A program made the translations under genes and the position numbers. Source: Caecitellus pseudoparvulus (lineage: Eukaryota; Protista; Bigyra: Bicosoecida). Taken from it: a stretch of 64,000 nt of DNA. The notes below the pieces were generated by a model, which saw nothing but the letters and a program-made list of their open reading frames with translations, did not search any database and was not told where the DNA came from. Positions 63,517 to 64,000 of the stretch are shown here, piece by piece; the first letter of the stretch is position 1, and each line of letters starts with the position of its first letter. The stretch lies in the NCBI GenBank assembly GCA_965644315.1, contig CBFFRQ010000073.1, forward strand, positions 1 to 64,000. The letters run 5' to 3'.

Positions 63517-64000
63517 GGTGTGCTATGTAATGCTCTGAGCGCCCCTTGGGCACCCCAGGTTGTTTCGGAGGATTTTGCGTATGCGAGTGCAGTCCGCGCA
63601 TCATGTCAACTTGTCGTCCGACTCAAAACTAATTTCATAAGGACGGGAAGCTTCTGCCGGGAATGAATTGGTTGCAAGCCAGACCTTAGGGTTGCCGTTG
63701 GAGCCTTGCTGCTCGCTGACGTGCCTGCCCAGCACTTGCCAGGCTTGTTGCCATGGCAGCGATTGTGCGAGACGAGGAGGGTGACACTCCAGCAGGCGGC
63801 GCCGCCACCGGCTCTGGCGAGGGCTCATCAGGGCATGAAGAAATCCTAGCTGAGATTGAGCGCGTGTGGGCCATGGCAGACACAGACCAGGGAGGCACAA
63901 TTGACGCACAGGAACTGAGCGGTGCGTGGAGAGCGCCTCTCCCTTGTGAAGGAGGCAAGTTGAGCCCTCAAGGGAACACACGCGTGCCACAGAGCTCATG

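Noticed and set aside
63601-63999. Separate gene at the right edge of the window
   Set aside because: The short ORFs have no recognisable motif and could be 5' exons of the RdRP. This cannot be resolved without the adjacent sequence or transcripts.
1-64000. Hundreds of long overlapping or antisense ORFs in the track (for example 4961-6712 minus, 23283-24575 minus, 43469-44668 plus)
   Set aside because: These are shadow ORFs expected in GC-rich coding DNA with few stop codons. They lie opposite or out of frame to genes with clear family motifs.

Overview
This is gene-dense, GC-rich eukaryotic nuclear DNA from a protist, not a prokaryote. I support about 31 protein genes. Many are split by short (about 65-110 nt) GT-AG introns near their 5' ends, intergenic gaps are very short, and genes are often paired head-to-head or tail-to-tail. 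A ropporin/RSP11-type RIIa protein, an HCF101-type Fe-S scaffold with a mitochondrial-like presequence and a soluble class I HMG-CoA reductase suggest a flagellated protist, possibly a heterotrophic stramenopile (inference only). Most genes are housekeeping: Tom40-like, Mog1, PPR, RRP8, katanin p80, lipase, COG8, HMGR, PPOX, MFSD5/MOT2, IMP1, dolichol kinase, SDR-SCP2, COQ8, exostosin and CSE1. The standout is an apparently intronless ~1,490-aa NLR-like gene (37377-41849) with the architecture Zn-ribbon, TIR, TIR, STAND/NACHT-like NTPase, SH2 and a Tyr/repeat-containing tail. It looks like an immune or cell-death receptor whose usual WD40/TPR/LRR sensor is replaced by a phosphotyrosine-binding SH2 domain. 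Other items worth checking are an RDM1 (RRM + RAD52-motif) homolog in a non-animal, a 58-aa spliced RIIa microprotein missed by the ORF track, a DFDGD-type cellular RdRP, a multi-TM hybrid histidine kinase, and a recurrent (A/C)AATGCA motif downstream of stop codons that may be a polyadenylation signal. I recognised no rRNA, tRNA, CRISPR array or transposon. All family calls come from motif recognition by eye, not database searches.
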